Part shown: positions 48,983 to 62,101 of the stretch, piece after piece
Layout: each line of letters starts with the position of its first letter
How positions within the stretch are numbered: the first letter of the stretch is position 1
From: Hemiscyllium ocellatum
Lineage: Eukaryota
Length of the DNA stretch: 64,000 nucleotides
Direction of reading: 5' to 3'
Assembly: GCF_020745735.1 (NCBI RefSeq)
Contig: NW_026867509.1
Span: 434,001 to 498,000 of the forward strand
Position numbers and translations under genes: made by a program
The notes under the pieces: model-generated
Database searches by the model: none
What the model was told of the DNA's origin: nothing
What the model saw: the letters and a program-made list of their open reading frames with translations, nothing else

Positions 48983-51039
48983 AGAAACAAGAACATAACA
49001 TTGTTAAAGGGAAAACATCGTCACAAATGAGACGGTCCAAGACATATCATGAAACAAGTTTGAACCTGAGGCACACACTCCGGAAAGTGATAAAATGTGC
49101 AGAGAAAGGGTTTAGGCTTTCAGAACTCTCTCAAGGGGGCAAGTGTGGATTTTATGTTCCAGTGTACAATGACGGCTCCTATTATTGGCTGAGCCAGCTG
49201 TTTTTGTTCCCTTGAAACCTTCAGTACACTGAAGAAATAGTCAGATGTTTACTTGAAACGTCTGAGCTGACAAGGTGGAAAGTCAAGTGTGGGAAGCTGG
49301 GACTAAAATGGGAGAATATTTGAAGACCAGCACTGACAGGATGAGTTGAATGGCCTCTTCCCATACATTAAAACTCGAAAATTTGATGATTTTATCTGAG
49401 AATCTTGTCTCTGGTGAGCGTGACTTAAATAAAACTAATATAATTAAGAAAAGAAATGCAGATCCACTGGGGTTTCGCTCCAGGTCCACTGCTTCAGATT
49501 CATTGCTTTGACTGCAATGTTCATTGTTCGATTCCTGGTCAGTGGCGAAGGTATTACTGCTCATGTACAAACTCTTTACATGAAGGCGAATTTATGACAT
49601 TGCAAACAGCATAGGCATAGGGACTCTTTAAGAACCAGTAATAGCGTTATACTTCTTTTTTGAATGTATTCAGTAACTTCACAACCCTCGTCTTGTTTGG
49701 ACGAGAACTTCACAGGTTCACCACTCTACGAGAGAACAGTATTGTCCTCATCTCAGTCTGAAATGGCCTATTGTTTAGACTGAGACCACGGCCCCTCAAT
49801 CTATATGAGCTGGCCAGTGGAAACCTCCTGTGTCTTCATCTCCTTCTTCAGGAACCTATTATTCCAGGAATTAGTCTGTTGAATTTTGACTGCACTCCCT
49901 CTCCAGAAAGTATACGTTTCTTTCGTTAAAAAACAGATAATTGTGCCCTGCAAAATTGCTTTGAATTGTTTGTTACTTTACTCATCCATGTTGCAGTGAG
50001 GCAGACTTGGAATCATCATAGGACATTCCTTGATCCACATTGTTAACATAGATAATGAGTAAAAGTGGCTGGCCAACTGCTGCACTAAAAATTCAATTGG
50101 CAGTCTGCGCTTCAGTGGAGAAGTTAAAAGTAGACAGAATTTGAACTAGTATAGGAATCCAGGACTATGGGGAACAGCGAGACAGGGGAGTTTCAGACTT
50201 TCAGATCAACTATGATCCCAACGAATGTTGGAACAGAATCTATGGATTCAGGGTCTTCTTCCACATTTACTTCTTTATCATCAAATGCACTTCATACACA
50301 ACACAGGTTAGTGTTAATCAGCTCACCTTGCTTAGTGGGACACTTCTTTTGGAAGCTTATTGTGGTCAACAAGTAACACTGCCATTGCTTTTTATTTTAA
50401 GAAACACATTTTCTTTTTTGTTAACTGAAAGTCTACTTAAACTGTTATAACTGCTCTGATTCAGAAATGACTAAATTTTAGGGAACTATCTAAAATTCCA
50501 GACTAGAAAATGAAAGCCAATATACACTGTACTTTTCCTGTGCATTGTAGAATGAAGGGAGACATTCAAGATAGGGGAAAAAGGATTGAGATTCAGACAA
50601 TCCAAAGAACCAAGAATCAGATAAGGATGGAGGCAAAGAGAAGAGGGGAGACACAAGGAAGAGACAAATACACACTCTGTTAACACGGAAACAGGTAAAT
50701 AATGTAAAAACAGTCAGATTACTTGGCAGCTAATGTTGATCGATGCCTAACTTTTGCAGATCTGAGAGAACAATCAATCTTGTTCCTTACAGAATGCCAT
50801 ATTCCACGTAATTGAAGCCAGTTGCTGATCTGAGTTTGCTCTTTGACCATGGTCTGAAAGTGTCCACATATTGAAACCATTCTGTTACATCTGTAAAGGT
50901 CAAAATCAGGTAAATGTCCCAACTTTCTTTCCCGATTGTGTGACTTATGCTGCCTAACAACTCTATTCTGAAATTACCTGTTTCATTGTCGTAAATCATA
51001 TTCATGGAAGTTATTTGATAAACTTTTATTTTGTCATAT

Positions 51040-51316
51040 GGAATAATAGCTGAGATGAGCTGTCCCCGGATCACTCCGAATTAATAGTTCGGTAAGAACA
51101 GATCACAATGCAAGACCGCAGTTAGTCAGCAGTTGATTCTCGAATTCCACATTGGTACATTCAGTCTTACATGAAATCTCTGAGATATCCGTTAAAGATA
51201 TATCACTGGGACTTATTTATCGCAATGTAAACTACCTGAGTGTGGAAGACAGGGCACTCTATTACTGTGCAGTGGGGCCCAGCATCATGTCGAGCTCAAA
51301 TTCCCATACAAAAAAA
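51040..51316 (+). pseudogene. TRAV/TRDV: TCR V pseudogene of the 56.3-kb V family, with stops and internal deletion
   Basis: PDHSELIVR*...HWYIQSYMKSLRYPLKIY aligns to QDPHELIVLE...FWYIQYRGGVLRYVAKVY. Then VEDRALYYCAVGP in another frame. The RSS is decayed, ending ACAAAAAAA at 51308. Confidence 0.85.
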
Positions 51317-52354
51317 AACTCCATGAATAGTTGCGTCTATCTCCATTCGCGTTTTACCGAGCAGGGTTCTTGTGATCCCGGCTCAGTCCAGAAAAATTCC
51401 GAAATAGATTCTCTGTTGTTTTGAGCACCGTGTACTTCTATGGTAAGGAGCACACAGTAGACAGACAAACAGTGTACCTAGTACAAAACCAACCCTAAAA
51501 AATTCCAGATGGAGTCCAAAAGAGGGCAGAATCACGTAGACAAAGGGAAATTCAGACTTCAAACTGAGGAACACAGTGTTGTCAGTAAAATCTCAAAACA
51601 AAGCACAAAATTCAACAAGAATAGCTGATCTTTTCCCCTAACTTTAACTGACCATAAAATAATTTTTACTAAATAATTTGGGATGCATTACCATGTAGTA
51701 TGTACTTCAATGATCTTCCCACTGTCATATAAATTATTTGGGATCTCTTCCTTTATCTTAGTTAACATAAACTCTCAGTCATTGGTCTGGCAACATCAGT
51801 CTAATTGCTGCACGGCTCTGTTAAATATCCAAGAGCGAAGCCTTCTTTCTTGTTTCATTGGGATAAATTTTCTATCAGTTTCCTCAGGGTAAATGACCAT
51901 ATCTGACAAAAATCTGAAATCAGGTCCACAATTGTCTGCTGATTTTCGTACTCTTTCCTCCTTATCAGTGTGGTCACTACCTGTGATAGAAATTGAAATA
52001 TGCATAAATGTATTATTATATATTATAATATATTGCATATTATATATAATATGTTATGTTTTATGAAATACCTTAAATCACATTTAACATGGAACATTAT
52101 TGTACGTCTTCATCCTAACAGCATATCTACACACTTTCAACCTGAAACTGACAGTGAGAAAGCCACGAAAGCTTTGGAAAGTTGTTGAGAGAGATACTGC
52201 ATCATTGATCTGTTACACCACAATAACAGGACAAATCCAACAATAGCATATTGTAGTGACATCTCTGCACGATTCTACAAGACAGACCTGAAGGTAGGAT
52301 CTCTCCTCACATGGGCCACCCCAATTTAGCGACAGTTGGGGCTGTTTTTCATGG

Positions 52355-52600
52355 TTCAGAAACTTGTAATAGACAACAGCTGCAGCTGAGAGATAGAGAA
52401 AGAAAGTCGTGAGTCCAGTCGAGGTTTGGAACTTGATCTGTTTTGCTTTCACTACTGTTGTGTTCCCGTATACTGAATCTGGCTGTTGCCAACACTAGCA
52501 CACAATATAGCCAATCTTTATAGTTGCAGTTTAGAGATACCGTTCCTCCTTCTGCATCAACATCTGACGAGAACACCTGAGTGACAGAATCGCCATGTCA
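52355..52600 (-). pseudogene. TRAV/TRDV: TCR V pseudogene (frameshifted, internally deleted)
   Basis: HGDSVTQVFSSDVDAEGGTVSLNCNYK, then a shifted frame WQQPD...SAAAVVYYK. No clear RSS. Confidence 0.75.
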
Positions 52601-54243
52601 GATATTAAGAAAAAGGTAGGTTTGATTAAAAATTACGAGAGTGATGATTGTTGAAATTTAGGCTTTTCACGATTTGGGAATCAATGTTTTGTTAACTGTT
52701 CTCTATCAGGAATGAATCATGCTCAAAACAGTTGATGTGTAACCAAAGTGTCCTGGCTTGCTTTGTAAACGAAAAGGGTGTTACAAAAAGACATCCCTTT
52801 GAAACTTCGCAATAAATTATCTGCTTTTATTTATTTGGATGCATTTTTTGTGCTTGTTTCTTGTTTTTCTGCAAGAGAATTATTTGGAAATTTGTCTGTT
52901 AGAGAATTCAAACACAAGTGGACGACTTCTTTGATGAACATCTTCCGTGTCAGATCCGAATCCTCTTTAGTTCCAAAGTCCAATATGCTTTTGAATATTT
53001 GAGTAATAGCAAAAGGTACGGTCATTTCATCTACGTATGAAACTGGCACGTTAATACTCTTTGCATAAAGCTTTCAGAGGCAAAGAATCGGCAGGACAAT
53101 GCTAACAGATTGCTCAGCTCATCCACGTCAGAGTTTGATAGTCTCAGTTCTCGAGATATTTATCGGATCTAGAATGATAATAGTTATCAGATCGATTTAG
53201 TCCACTGAACTACATACAAGGTGAATTATTACAATTCCAACCGAGTGTGAGATTTTCTTCCATCTTTTAAATTAACTTGGGCATTATGAAAAATAACTGT
53301 TCTTTCTCTGAGTGCTGGAGGAACTTGAATGAAAAAAAATTGCAAATGCTGGAAATCAGAAACAAGAACAAAAAGATTTTCTGGATGTTCTATAGGTTAT
53401 GTGGAGAGAGAAATATATTTAACATTTTGAGTCCAATGGTTCTTCTTGAGAATGTGTTGATTCAAAGTCAACTGTGCAACATCATCAGGTTGGCAGCAGA
53501 GAGCAGCATTGTCTAATTTCAATCACTAGAGGGAGTGACTTTGTTAATTATTCATTCAACCGACTTCTTAGATATAGTTCGCCAACCATCGCAGACAGAA
53601 ATGCACACAGAGGCACACAAAAAAAGGATTTTTATCGACAGCAAGTAGTTATAAGCACCCGCAAAGATAGGCACATAGTGACGCACAAACAAGTATGCAG
53701 AAAAGTGGCATAAATTCACAAACATAAAACACATGTAGAGATATCCGTACAAATAAAGATATTGACATAACACACAGTCATACATATCAGTGCACGTACA
53801 GATTTACAAACGTTTATAAAGACATGCAGAGACACACAATTACACAAAAGCTGAGATGCAAGCTCTGTACAGTTTTGTGAAACTTTTCTGTTAGAAAGTT
53901 CAATGTCAAACAAATATACAAATTCCAGATTTTAATATTCATCAGTGTTTTTTTTAATCAACACAATTTTCGTTCATTGTTATGTTTATGGAATGTTCTT
54001 CTCCTGGACGTAATTATGCAACTTCTGTTCCATAACATACTTTTCTTCTGAAGCAACTCAATTCCGGTTTTGGCAGCTTCATTGTTCTCATACAAATAAA
54101 CTTAGCCTGTCTGTTCAGTTCATATTACAAGCCAATAGCATGGTGTTGATCGATTTTACGATCTCAAGTGATTTGTTATTCCTTCTAAACAACAATTCCC
54201 TGAGTTCTGAAAAGTGATGCATTGAGGTTTGCCATTATTTGGG

Positions 54244-54253
54244 AGTGACGTCA
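54244..54253 (+). promoter_or_regulatory. CRE / TCR-V decamer-like AGTGACGTCA
   Basis: Exact match to AGTGA(C/T)(G/A)TCA, but no intact V is assigned to it. Confidence 0.3.
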
Positions 54254-56240
54254 ACAAAATAACTTTGAATCTGAGAAGTTCCAATCAAGATTTTGGGAGT
54301 TCTGGATTATTTACTATTCTTGTTTTCGTTTGTAAATGATTGAATCCCTACTCCGATTAATGGCTCCATCTGAATCAGATTGAATAGAATTCTTCAGTTC
54401 AGCACATGGAACCCGAAGAGGTGAATTATGCATGAGACAGATATCCATCTTGAATGCTTACTGTGAAACATGCCAGTGAACAACTCTTCAATGTTCACTT
54501 TTTCTGCTCCAAGAAAGATGTCCTGACTACCTTAACGCTGCTGTCTTTGTTGATCACCCATACAATCATCTGCACAGTCAAGGATTATCTGTTTTGTTAG
54601 CACAGCTCGACTGAAATCATTGCTTAGCAGAAGGCATATTGGAAATCCAAGTAATGTCATCAGCGAAGCAAAAACAATAATTCCTCCTCCCGTGTTCGCA
54701 TTTGAAGACATCTTTAGTTGAGTCTGCAAACAGCTTTCATTCAGATCAAAAACAGAAATAAAATAAGACCCGTGTTTGCAATTCAGACTGAGATCATCAT
54801 TTCGAAACGAGATTTCTTTTTCGAATCAGCTATAAGACATTGCAATGCACACGCCATCCTCCGCCTCCTAACATTCCACTCTCGCTGTATAATGGAAGTA
54901 ATCGAGGGCTGCAGTGACGCTGTTGTTCAGCACGAGATATGAGCTTGAAAAAAATCTCTTTAAGTGCACCCTAAAAAGTCTTCTATCATAATGCTGGATG
55001 CTCTTGGCAAACGTTATTGCGTGCAAAATAATGTTTTGAAACATATCAACCAATGAACAAGACTAGGACCAATCGCCGTGAATGCCTGGATAATAGAAAT
55101 GCGTATATTGTCGCAATGGGCTTGCAGCAATTGAGCAGTCATTTTTAAAACTAACATTGTTTCATGATTGTCATAAGATAACGCTTAACAGACCTCGGAA
55201 AAGCAAACAGAATCGTGGCGAGTTTGCCATCGACTCTGAAAATTTCAAATTTCTACCTTATTGAATGTGTTCCTTTTTGGGTACACGTTCCTGAAGCAGA
55301 ATCGTTCTCATCAAGTAATCTGTCTGCATTCAACGGTGTCTGTTTCAGACAGCAGACAAAGAGAAAGAGGCACATAGTAAATTTTAAAGTTTACAAAGTT
55401 GATAAAATGGCTGAATATAGTTTAATGTTTTTAATGAACCATGCCAAACCCCTCGCAAAACTTTTCAAGAAGGCAGCCCAGACCCTAAACTTTCTAGTTG
55501 TTGTAACCAAGTGTAAGTGGATATTCCACGCTGTTTGCCCAACCACGCATTTTTGAACAAAGCAGGATTTATTTGTAGACTAATGAATGAAACACGAAGA
55601 GAAAGAACAGAATTTAGACTAACTGAACTTATTGGAAACCCCAATAGTCACTCTTGTGAGTTAATGATGCTATTCCAAATGTTTGCAACATCCGCATAAA
55701 GACTCTCTTGCAAAAAAAAACACGTCAAAAGGATCAGATTTTGACAGGAGAGATGTCAGAGAGAGAGCATCAGCGTGGGACTGTTTCTTTGACAGGCGGC
55801 CTCAAACTGACTTTTTGCTAAAACCAAACCAAATCAAATCCTAAACTACAAGAACTGCTCTGCTCCCTTTCAATGTACAATTTTTAAAATATTAAAAACA
55901 AGGCTTAAATCCTTTTGCTGGTAGATGCCTCCCGACTTTTCAGAATCTCTGCCTTTACGACCCCTCCAACAAAAAAACAAGGACAACATTACCTTTTCAA
56001 ATGTGCAGCATCTTCAGAGTGCACCACATATCAATTCATAAACTTCATTTTTTGACACTTGCAAGTTAAATTACAAAGAAACATAATTTCTCTTCTTTTC
56101 CTTACATGTTATTGTTGAATGTTTTACTGTGTTTTCATATTTCATGAGTGAGTCTGTGTCTCTCCTTTGGGTGGATTATTGTTTCAGTTTACTTTCGTGA
56201 GAGCTCCCTCAGGTGGACATAAATCAGAACTCTCAGGGTA

Positions 56241-56278
56241 GGTTTTTGTGCAGGGGCAGCGATGTCTGCAGCAGTGTG
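56241..56278 (-). other. RSS: CACACTG - 22 nt - ACAAAAACC
   Basis: + strand GGTTTTTGT 56241-56249, spacer 56250-56271, CAGTGTG 56272-56278. Confidence 0.92.
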
Positions 56279-56711
56279 GGCTCCATGGCACAGAAATACA
56301 CGGCGCTGTCGGAGAGGAGAACTGGAGAGATGTTTAGAGAAACCGTTTCTCTTTGTTTGTACAGAACAGCAGAAAATTTGTCTTTCAAATCTTCAGATAT
56401 TTCTGCGTTCCCCGTAGTATACACTTTTGCGACATATCTCAGAACGCCCCCACGATACTGAATGTACCAGAACACAGTTCGAAAAGAAGATGTCGAGTAA
56501 CTGCAATTTAATTCTACGTTCTGTCGTTCCAGGACAATTAATTCATGTGGATCTTGGAATACGGCATCTTCCCCATTGGTCGCTGCAAAAAGGAATAATC
56601 TATCAAATGTCTGGAAGGGAATATAACTCTTGAAAGAACTGCTGATCATTACAACATAGACTCACCACACAGTACGACCAATACCGTTAAGAAAGAAAAT
56701 GGGAGGCACAT
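56279..56711 (-). CDS. TRAV/TRDV: TCR alpha/delta-type V gene segment, apparently functional (leader 56711-56666, V exon 56582-56279)
   Basis: Leader MCLPFSFLTVLVVLC with G|GTGAGT donor and acceptor TTTTGCAG. Exon TNGEDAVFQ...VELNCSY...VFWYIQ...DKFS...LSDSAVYFCAMEP has C23, W41 and C104. Confidence 0.93.
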
Positions 56712-58269
56712 TTTACTTCTTCCACATTTGCAGAACTGTAGCAGCATCTACAAAATATGTTGAGAACTCCAATCCGATGTGAAATTGTGAACTCAGATCA
56801 GGCGCACACTTCACCCCAGAGAGAGAAAAAAATAAGTGCTTCCTACGACACAGGATTGGTTGAACGCTCGTGCTGACGAAATTTGAACACCAATCACTGT
56901 TGATCGCAGACAAGTGACGTTTTTTGGTTGTTTCCGTATCTCCATATTCTGTCTTTCTCTGTATCTACGGATTTGCGGTCTCTTCAGTACTCTTCTTCCT
57001 CTCTCAGTCGCATAAGCTCTCTACATCACAATTATGTTCTGTGTCTGAACACAAATCTCATTTTATCATGTCGCTCAAAGTAGAATGTGTAGAAATTCCA
57101 ATTCATCCAACTCTCCTAATCCAAACATTAGTAATTGCTTATTGAATGGAAAACAAACAATTCCATCTCTGATTTAAAATGAAAATGAAAGCTTCTGCAC
57201 CGAAATTCGTAGTATCCAGAAAGAGTGTGAGTCAGGTTCTTATCTGTATCATAGAGTCATAGATATATTTTCTTTTTGCAACCAATTAAGACCAGAATAT
57301 CAACGCGGTTTTCCTGATTTCACTTTCTTAAAACAACATGAAATGACAGACATGGACGTAAGTTTAAGTTTGAAGGAGGAAAATGAGGTTTCATTTTGAA
57401 GTCAATATTATTTCCGCGTTTCTGCCCATCTGGAGTAAATACTAAAAATACAGGAATAAAGCATAACAATGAGGCCTAATTATTTAAGAAAACAATTCCA
57501 CAAAACTTCAATTTAGAGATTTTGCAGGCAAGACTATTCCACTCATATTATGAGAAACCGAAGCTCCAAAGTCGACTTTGTATCAGGTCCCACTTCCTTA
57601 ACATCAATGCTGTGTACTAGGTCACAAATCCGTTCGTTCTGGATTAACAATCTGGTTCCGTGATCTGAATTTTGCTTGGCAATGTATTATTCTGAATTTA
57701 GCTAATCGAATAGACTTCTGAAATTCCTGCTAGTATTATGAATGGAGTACTAGATCAGGATAAATTCCACTTGATTCAGAATGTTGTGCTGGAAAAGAAA
57801 TCTGTTGTTCTCTGTAATTTACTTTGCACCTCAACGTCTCAGGTGCACGCATAATTGTAATTTTCCTTCTACATTTGCCATTTTATTTATGCAGAGATGA
57901 ATATCTGAAATGGAAACAGAACACGGATGAGCAATGATGTTTGAAATATCCAAAAAAAAAACCCCACTTTTTGATGATTCCAATTAACCCTTTGTATAAT
58001 AAAAGTGTTTACTTTGACCCTCCAACTTGCATTAATTAATGTCTTAAAATACAACTCTAATAAAAAATAAAAGATCTTGCAGTTGACAGAAGATGCATCT
58101 GTCATGTTTTCTGTGTATACGAGGCAATGTTCTGCTGTCGCACCACGTGACACAATGTTGCACATGAAAGAAAAGGAGCAATCAAACAGAAGAGCTGTAT
58201 AGACTCTGCACATCTTCATAGAGCCAAATGTGGAGAGAAAGAGAAGAACCAGCCACAGAAATATCACGA

Positions 58270-59300
58270 TTTGATGTGGAAGAGAAATGAAGGCTCAAAT
58301 ACATATAGAAAGAAAAAAACAAAACAGATAAATAGAATGACACATACACTGCTAAAAATTTGTAGTGGGAAGCAGTGGGAAATATAAAAGGGGAATAAAA
58401 CAGAAAGGGAAGTGGAGCACGGGAGAGGGTAAGGGAGCGGAAGAATAGTCAGAAATAGAGATACAGAAGCGAAACACAAAGAAAGATGTAGAAAATGAGT
58501 GGAGCACAACCTGAAACAGAAATACCGAGATAAAGAAAACCGAGATAGAACAATTGGGAGAGAGATAGTAGAGAGATACAGACAGACAGAGACAACGGAG
58601 AGAGACAGAGAGAGAGAGACAGAGAGAGCGAGAGAGAGAGCAGAAGCAGAATTATGAGGGCGTAGAACGTTGTGGTTGGAGAGAGAGAGCGAGACATAAA
58701 TGTATTCATTTTAAGGGAGATAGGGAAGGACACACGGAGAGAATGACGACAAATTGTAGAAAGAAAAATAAAAGAGGAGGCTCATGGAGAAACATATAGA
58801 CACCTGTGAATTGGAGTAAAAATGCAGCATTCAAGGGTAGACAACACGAGAAACATAGAGACTGAGAGTGACTGACAGAAAGACATTGAGAGAAGCAGAA
58901 GCATATAGCAATAAGTAGAGGAAGAGAGAGAGGTGTATAGGGAAAAATATTCAGTGAGAAAGACAGAAGAAAATTTCAAAGTGAGAGCAGTTTTAAATCT
59001 CAATAAAGGAGTTAGTACAACAGCCCAATGTCTCAACATTGAGGCAAAGAGATGTTCAATGCATATGTGGAATTGATGCGCCATTAGTGAGCAAGAGAGA
59101 AGTTAGCAAAAAAAAAGACCATAAAGATATATTAAAGGTGAAGAGCATTTTGGGAAAAATAGGCAAAAAAACAAAATGAATGCAGAAATCAAACAAGTAT
59201 GAATCGGGAGCATGTAAATGAAATGGAACAATCAGCAAATTGAGAGTTTTTGCAGTAAAATGACGACAACGAATGAAAAGCGAATAAATGGAGAACGTTC
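58270..59300. repeat. Purine-rich (GA/GAA) low-complexity tract
   Basis: Strong A/G strand bias with GAGA/GACA repeats. It explains the L/S/F-rich antisense ORFs. Confidence 0.85.
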
Positions 59301-60263
59301 TAGTTGAGCAAACAGAAGACTTATTTCAAGTCAGATGCAGATTGAATCTGTTTCAAGGTCGAAATTTTGGATGACTCCACATCGCCTCTGCTTTCAGTGA
59401 ATAATTTCAGAATCATTGTTGACAAAAAACTACGCTGGAGGAGCTTTTTGCCTTACGTATTTCAGGACAGATGCAAGAATGAAAAGAAAGGATTAACTTA
59501 TGGTCTCGGAGAATGCTGTTTTAATATCACTCCTTTTCACCCCCCTTTTCCTGACGTGACGAATTGCAGAACAGAACAGTATTGAGCTCATTGGGTTTTG
59601 TGTAAAACAATGGATTTCCAATTGTTACCTTCTGTCTCAGGCCAGAAGAAGCCAGTCAGTACAGCGACCAGTATCAATATGCCGTCCCTTTTCTTGACGA
59701 ATAATCATTTCAACCAGAACAAATTTCTGTGAAAATCTATCATCATATCTCTCGAAACATGTTGGACGTTTATTTTTGTTTTATTATTGCTGCTGCAGCT
59801 GTCTTAGTTTGCAAGTTGAGAATTTATTCATCACTTCAGTTCACAAGTATCGCGTTTATTACACTTAATCCGAGCACAATAATGCCCATATCTTGATCTG
59901 GAAAGGAAAGAGGTGGGACCTTCCTGAACTCCTCCCTGAAGTAAATGGTATACATCAGCGGAACGTTTTTGCTGAATGGTTCATAACCGAGCCCATCAAC
60001 GGAATTTAATGTTTGACATGATAAACGCCAGATGCATATTAACATTGCTTTATAACACAGTGGAGAAATGGACATCAAAGAAGACATTAAAATTGCACCA
60101 AAACACACGAAATTACGAATTGCAGAATATGTCGTTCTTAATACACTTCGATATATGTTTGTAAATTAGTGCTCAAAAAAGAGACATTTATTTGAATGCT
60201 TCCGGGGAGAAGGTCACTGCGATATATCATCATTTAACTTAATATGTCTATGTGCTTTAACAG

Positions 60264-60605
60264 GGCAATGTACGAAGAGACTGGTTTCCAGAGACACGAA
60301 CTGAAACGGTAAACGTAGGCCATGACGTTCAATTATTCTGCAATTACACAATTGCAAGCAGCAGCTTGCCTTACCTGTTCGTTTACCTTCAATCCTGAAG
60401 TGGATCCATTGCGTTTTTGGTACATGAGAATAGGTTTTGAGGCAATGCAGAAGAAACTCCACAGATCGTTTCTCAGTGAAACTCCCTGAATCGAACCGAA
60501 CTGTGCTGCTCAAACCTGTGAAAACACATCTGACGGGCTCTACTGTGTATTATTGGACACTGAGACCAACAGAGACATAGAATTTGAGTGAACCTGACAA
60601 GAACT
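60264..60605 (+). pseudogene. TRAV/TRDV: TCR V pseudogene with decayed RSS
   Basis: Acceptor TTTAACAG. TETVNVGHDVQLFCNYTIASSSLPYLFVYLQS* is followed by a frameshift and DRFSVKL...GSTVYYWTLRP. RSS AACAGAG-22-ACAAGAACT (60568-60605). Confidence 0.88.
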
Positions 60606-61009
60606 GTTAGACTGCCGAGCAACGTGCCAGCGAGTGAGCGAGTTGAGGTATTGACAGACGGTTCATCAGTGGCAAGTCACGATAAACCCCATCATTCGTG
60701 ATGTTCTCATGCATTCTGTATTCTACTAACTGCATGAGTAGAAGTGAATTCAGATGCAGTTTTGCATTTGTACGTTTTTAGTTAGCATCATATGCAAGGA
60801 GATTCATCACCGTAACAAAGAACAAATGAAGGGCAAACTTCTTTATTTGTAAGAAAACGTGGGAGGGAAGCACACTGACAGGGTGGGGTGACTGCAAATC
60901 GATCACTGGCATCAGTTAAACTGAAATGAAATTAGAATGAATGGCTGTGAACAACTTTTGTGGTTTTCTGTTTATTGGGCAGATCAGAATGGCGGAAAAA
61001 ATCTGCAAG

Positions 61010-61320
61010 GGGCTCAGTGGTTGGCGTTGCTGCCTCACACGAACAGGGAGTAATGTTTGTTTCCTCCCCCGGGTGACTGTCTGTGTGGAACTTGCGTAAT
61101 TCCAGCATCCCCCCCTCACCCCGCACCCGTGTCTGCATGAATTTCCTCAGGTTCCCTGGTTTTTTCCGACACTTCAAAGGTGTACAAATGAAGTGGCTTA
61201 GTCATGAGGAAATCCAAAATTACATAGATAGTTTAGGTCGTTCCAGGTGGGATGCTGTTTGGCAGGACAGTGCGGATTCATTGGCCGAATGGTCTGCTTC
61301 CATACTGTCGTGATTCTATG
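61010..61320 (+). mobile_element. tRNA-derived SINE (HE1-like)
   Basis: GCTCAGTGGTTGGCGTTGCTGCCTCAC...GACTGTCTGTGTGGA...; CR1-like 3' end GGCCGAATGGTCTGCTTCCATACTGT. Confidence 0.7.
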
Positions 61321-61559
61321 ATTCAGTGGCTTCAAAATACAATAAATTGCGGGCTGTAGGCGAACCATGTAAATTCAGATGCAGAGATGAATGCATGTAC
61401 AGTCACGCAGAATCAGATTCATAAATATGCCTCGCACCAAGTTGTCGACTCTGCACTTGCGTAATATTTAATCTAATTCAAAGTGTTGTTTCTGCTTGTT
61501 GTTAACTGTTTAGCGTTTTTCGGATTAGTTCTTTTGTTTTTAACATTTAGTCAATTTTT

Positions 61560-62090
61560 TACTAAATCAGCCGGAACAAGATCAGCTATGGTCAGCTTTC
61601 GTGAACATACTGCTACATTACGTTCAGAAAGAATTCGATGCAAAAGGTGTGGGTAAAGCCTTTCTATTCTGTTACACTTGTATTCGCCTGAATTTAGACG
61701 AAAGGGCGCGGCAGGATCTTAGAGAAACATATAAAATAAAGAAGGGATTTGACAGCATACATGGTGAGAGATTGCTTCCGATATTGGGTAAGTCCAGAAT
61801 TAGGGTCACAGTCTCAGAATAAAAGATAATCCATTCGTGACTGAGAAGAGGAATCATTTCTTACCTGAGAGAGATATGAACCTTTGGAATTCTGTGCCAG
61901 GGACAGCTGTTGGAGTCTGTAAATTAGCTATATTCATGGAATAGCTGGACATTGCCATTGTTATTACAGTGATCAAGAGGCATAGAGAGACAGCGAAAGT
62001 GGGATATTAAAATTGCATGATCAGCCATGAGTATATTGAATGGGGCTTTTGATCTGAAGGGCCACATGGCCTAACACTTACACTTAATTT
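61560..62090 (+). mobile_element. Degenerate CR1 LINE 3' fragment
   Basis: QDLRETYKIKKGFDSIHGERLLPILGKSRIR (ORF 61601-61822). Confidence 0.75.
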
Positions 62091-62101
62091 CTATGTGTGT
62101 A

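Noticed and set aside
48752-49215. ORFs with ERERER / LSLSLS runs
   Set aside because: Translation of the (GA)n microsatellite.
58264-59238. Several hydrophobic minus-strand ORFs
   Set aside because: Artefacts of the purine-rich low-complexity tract.
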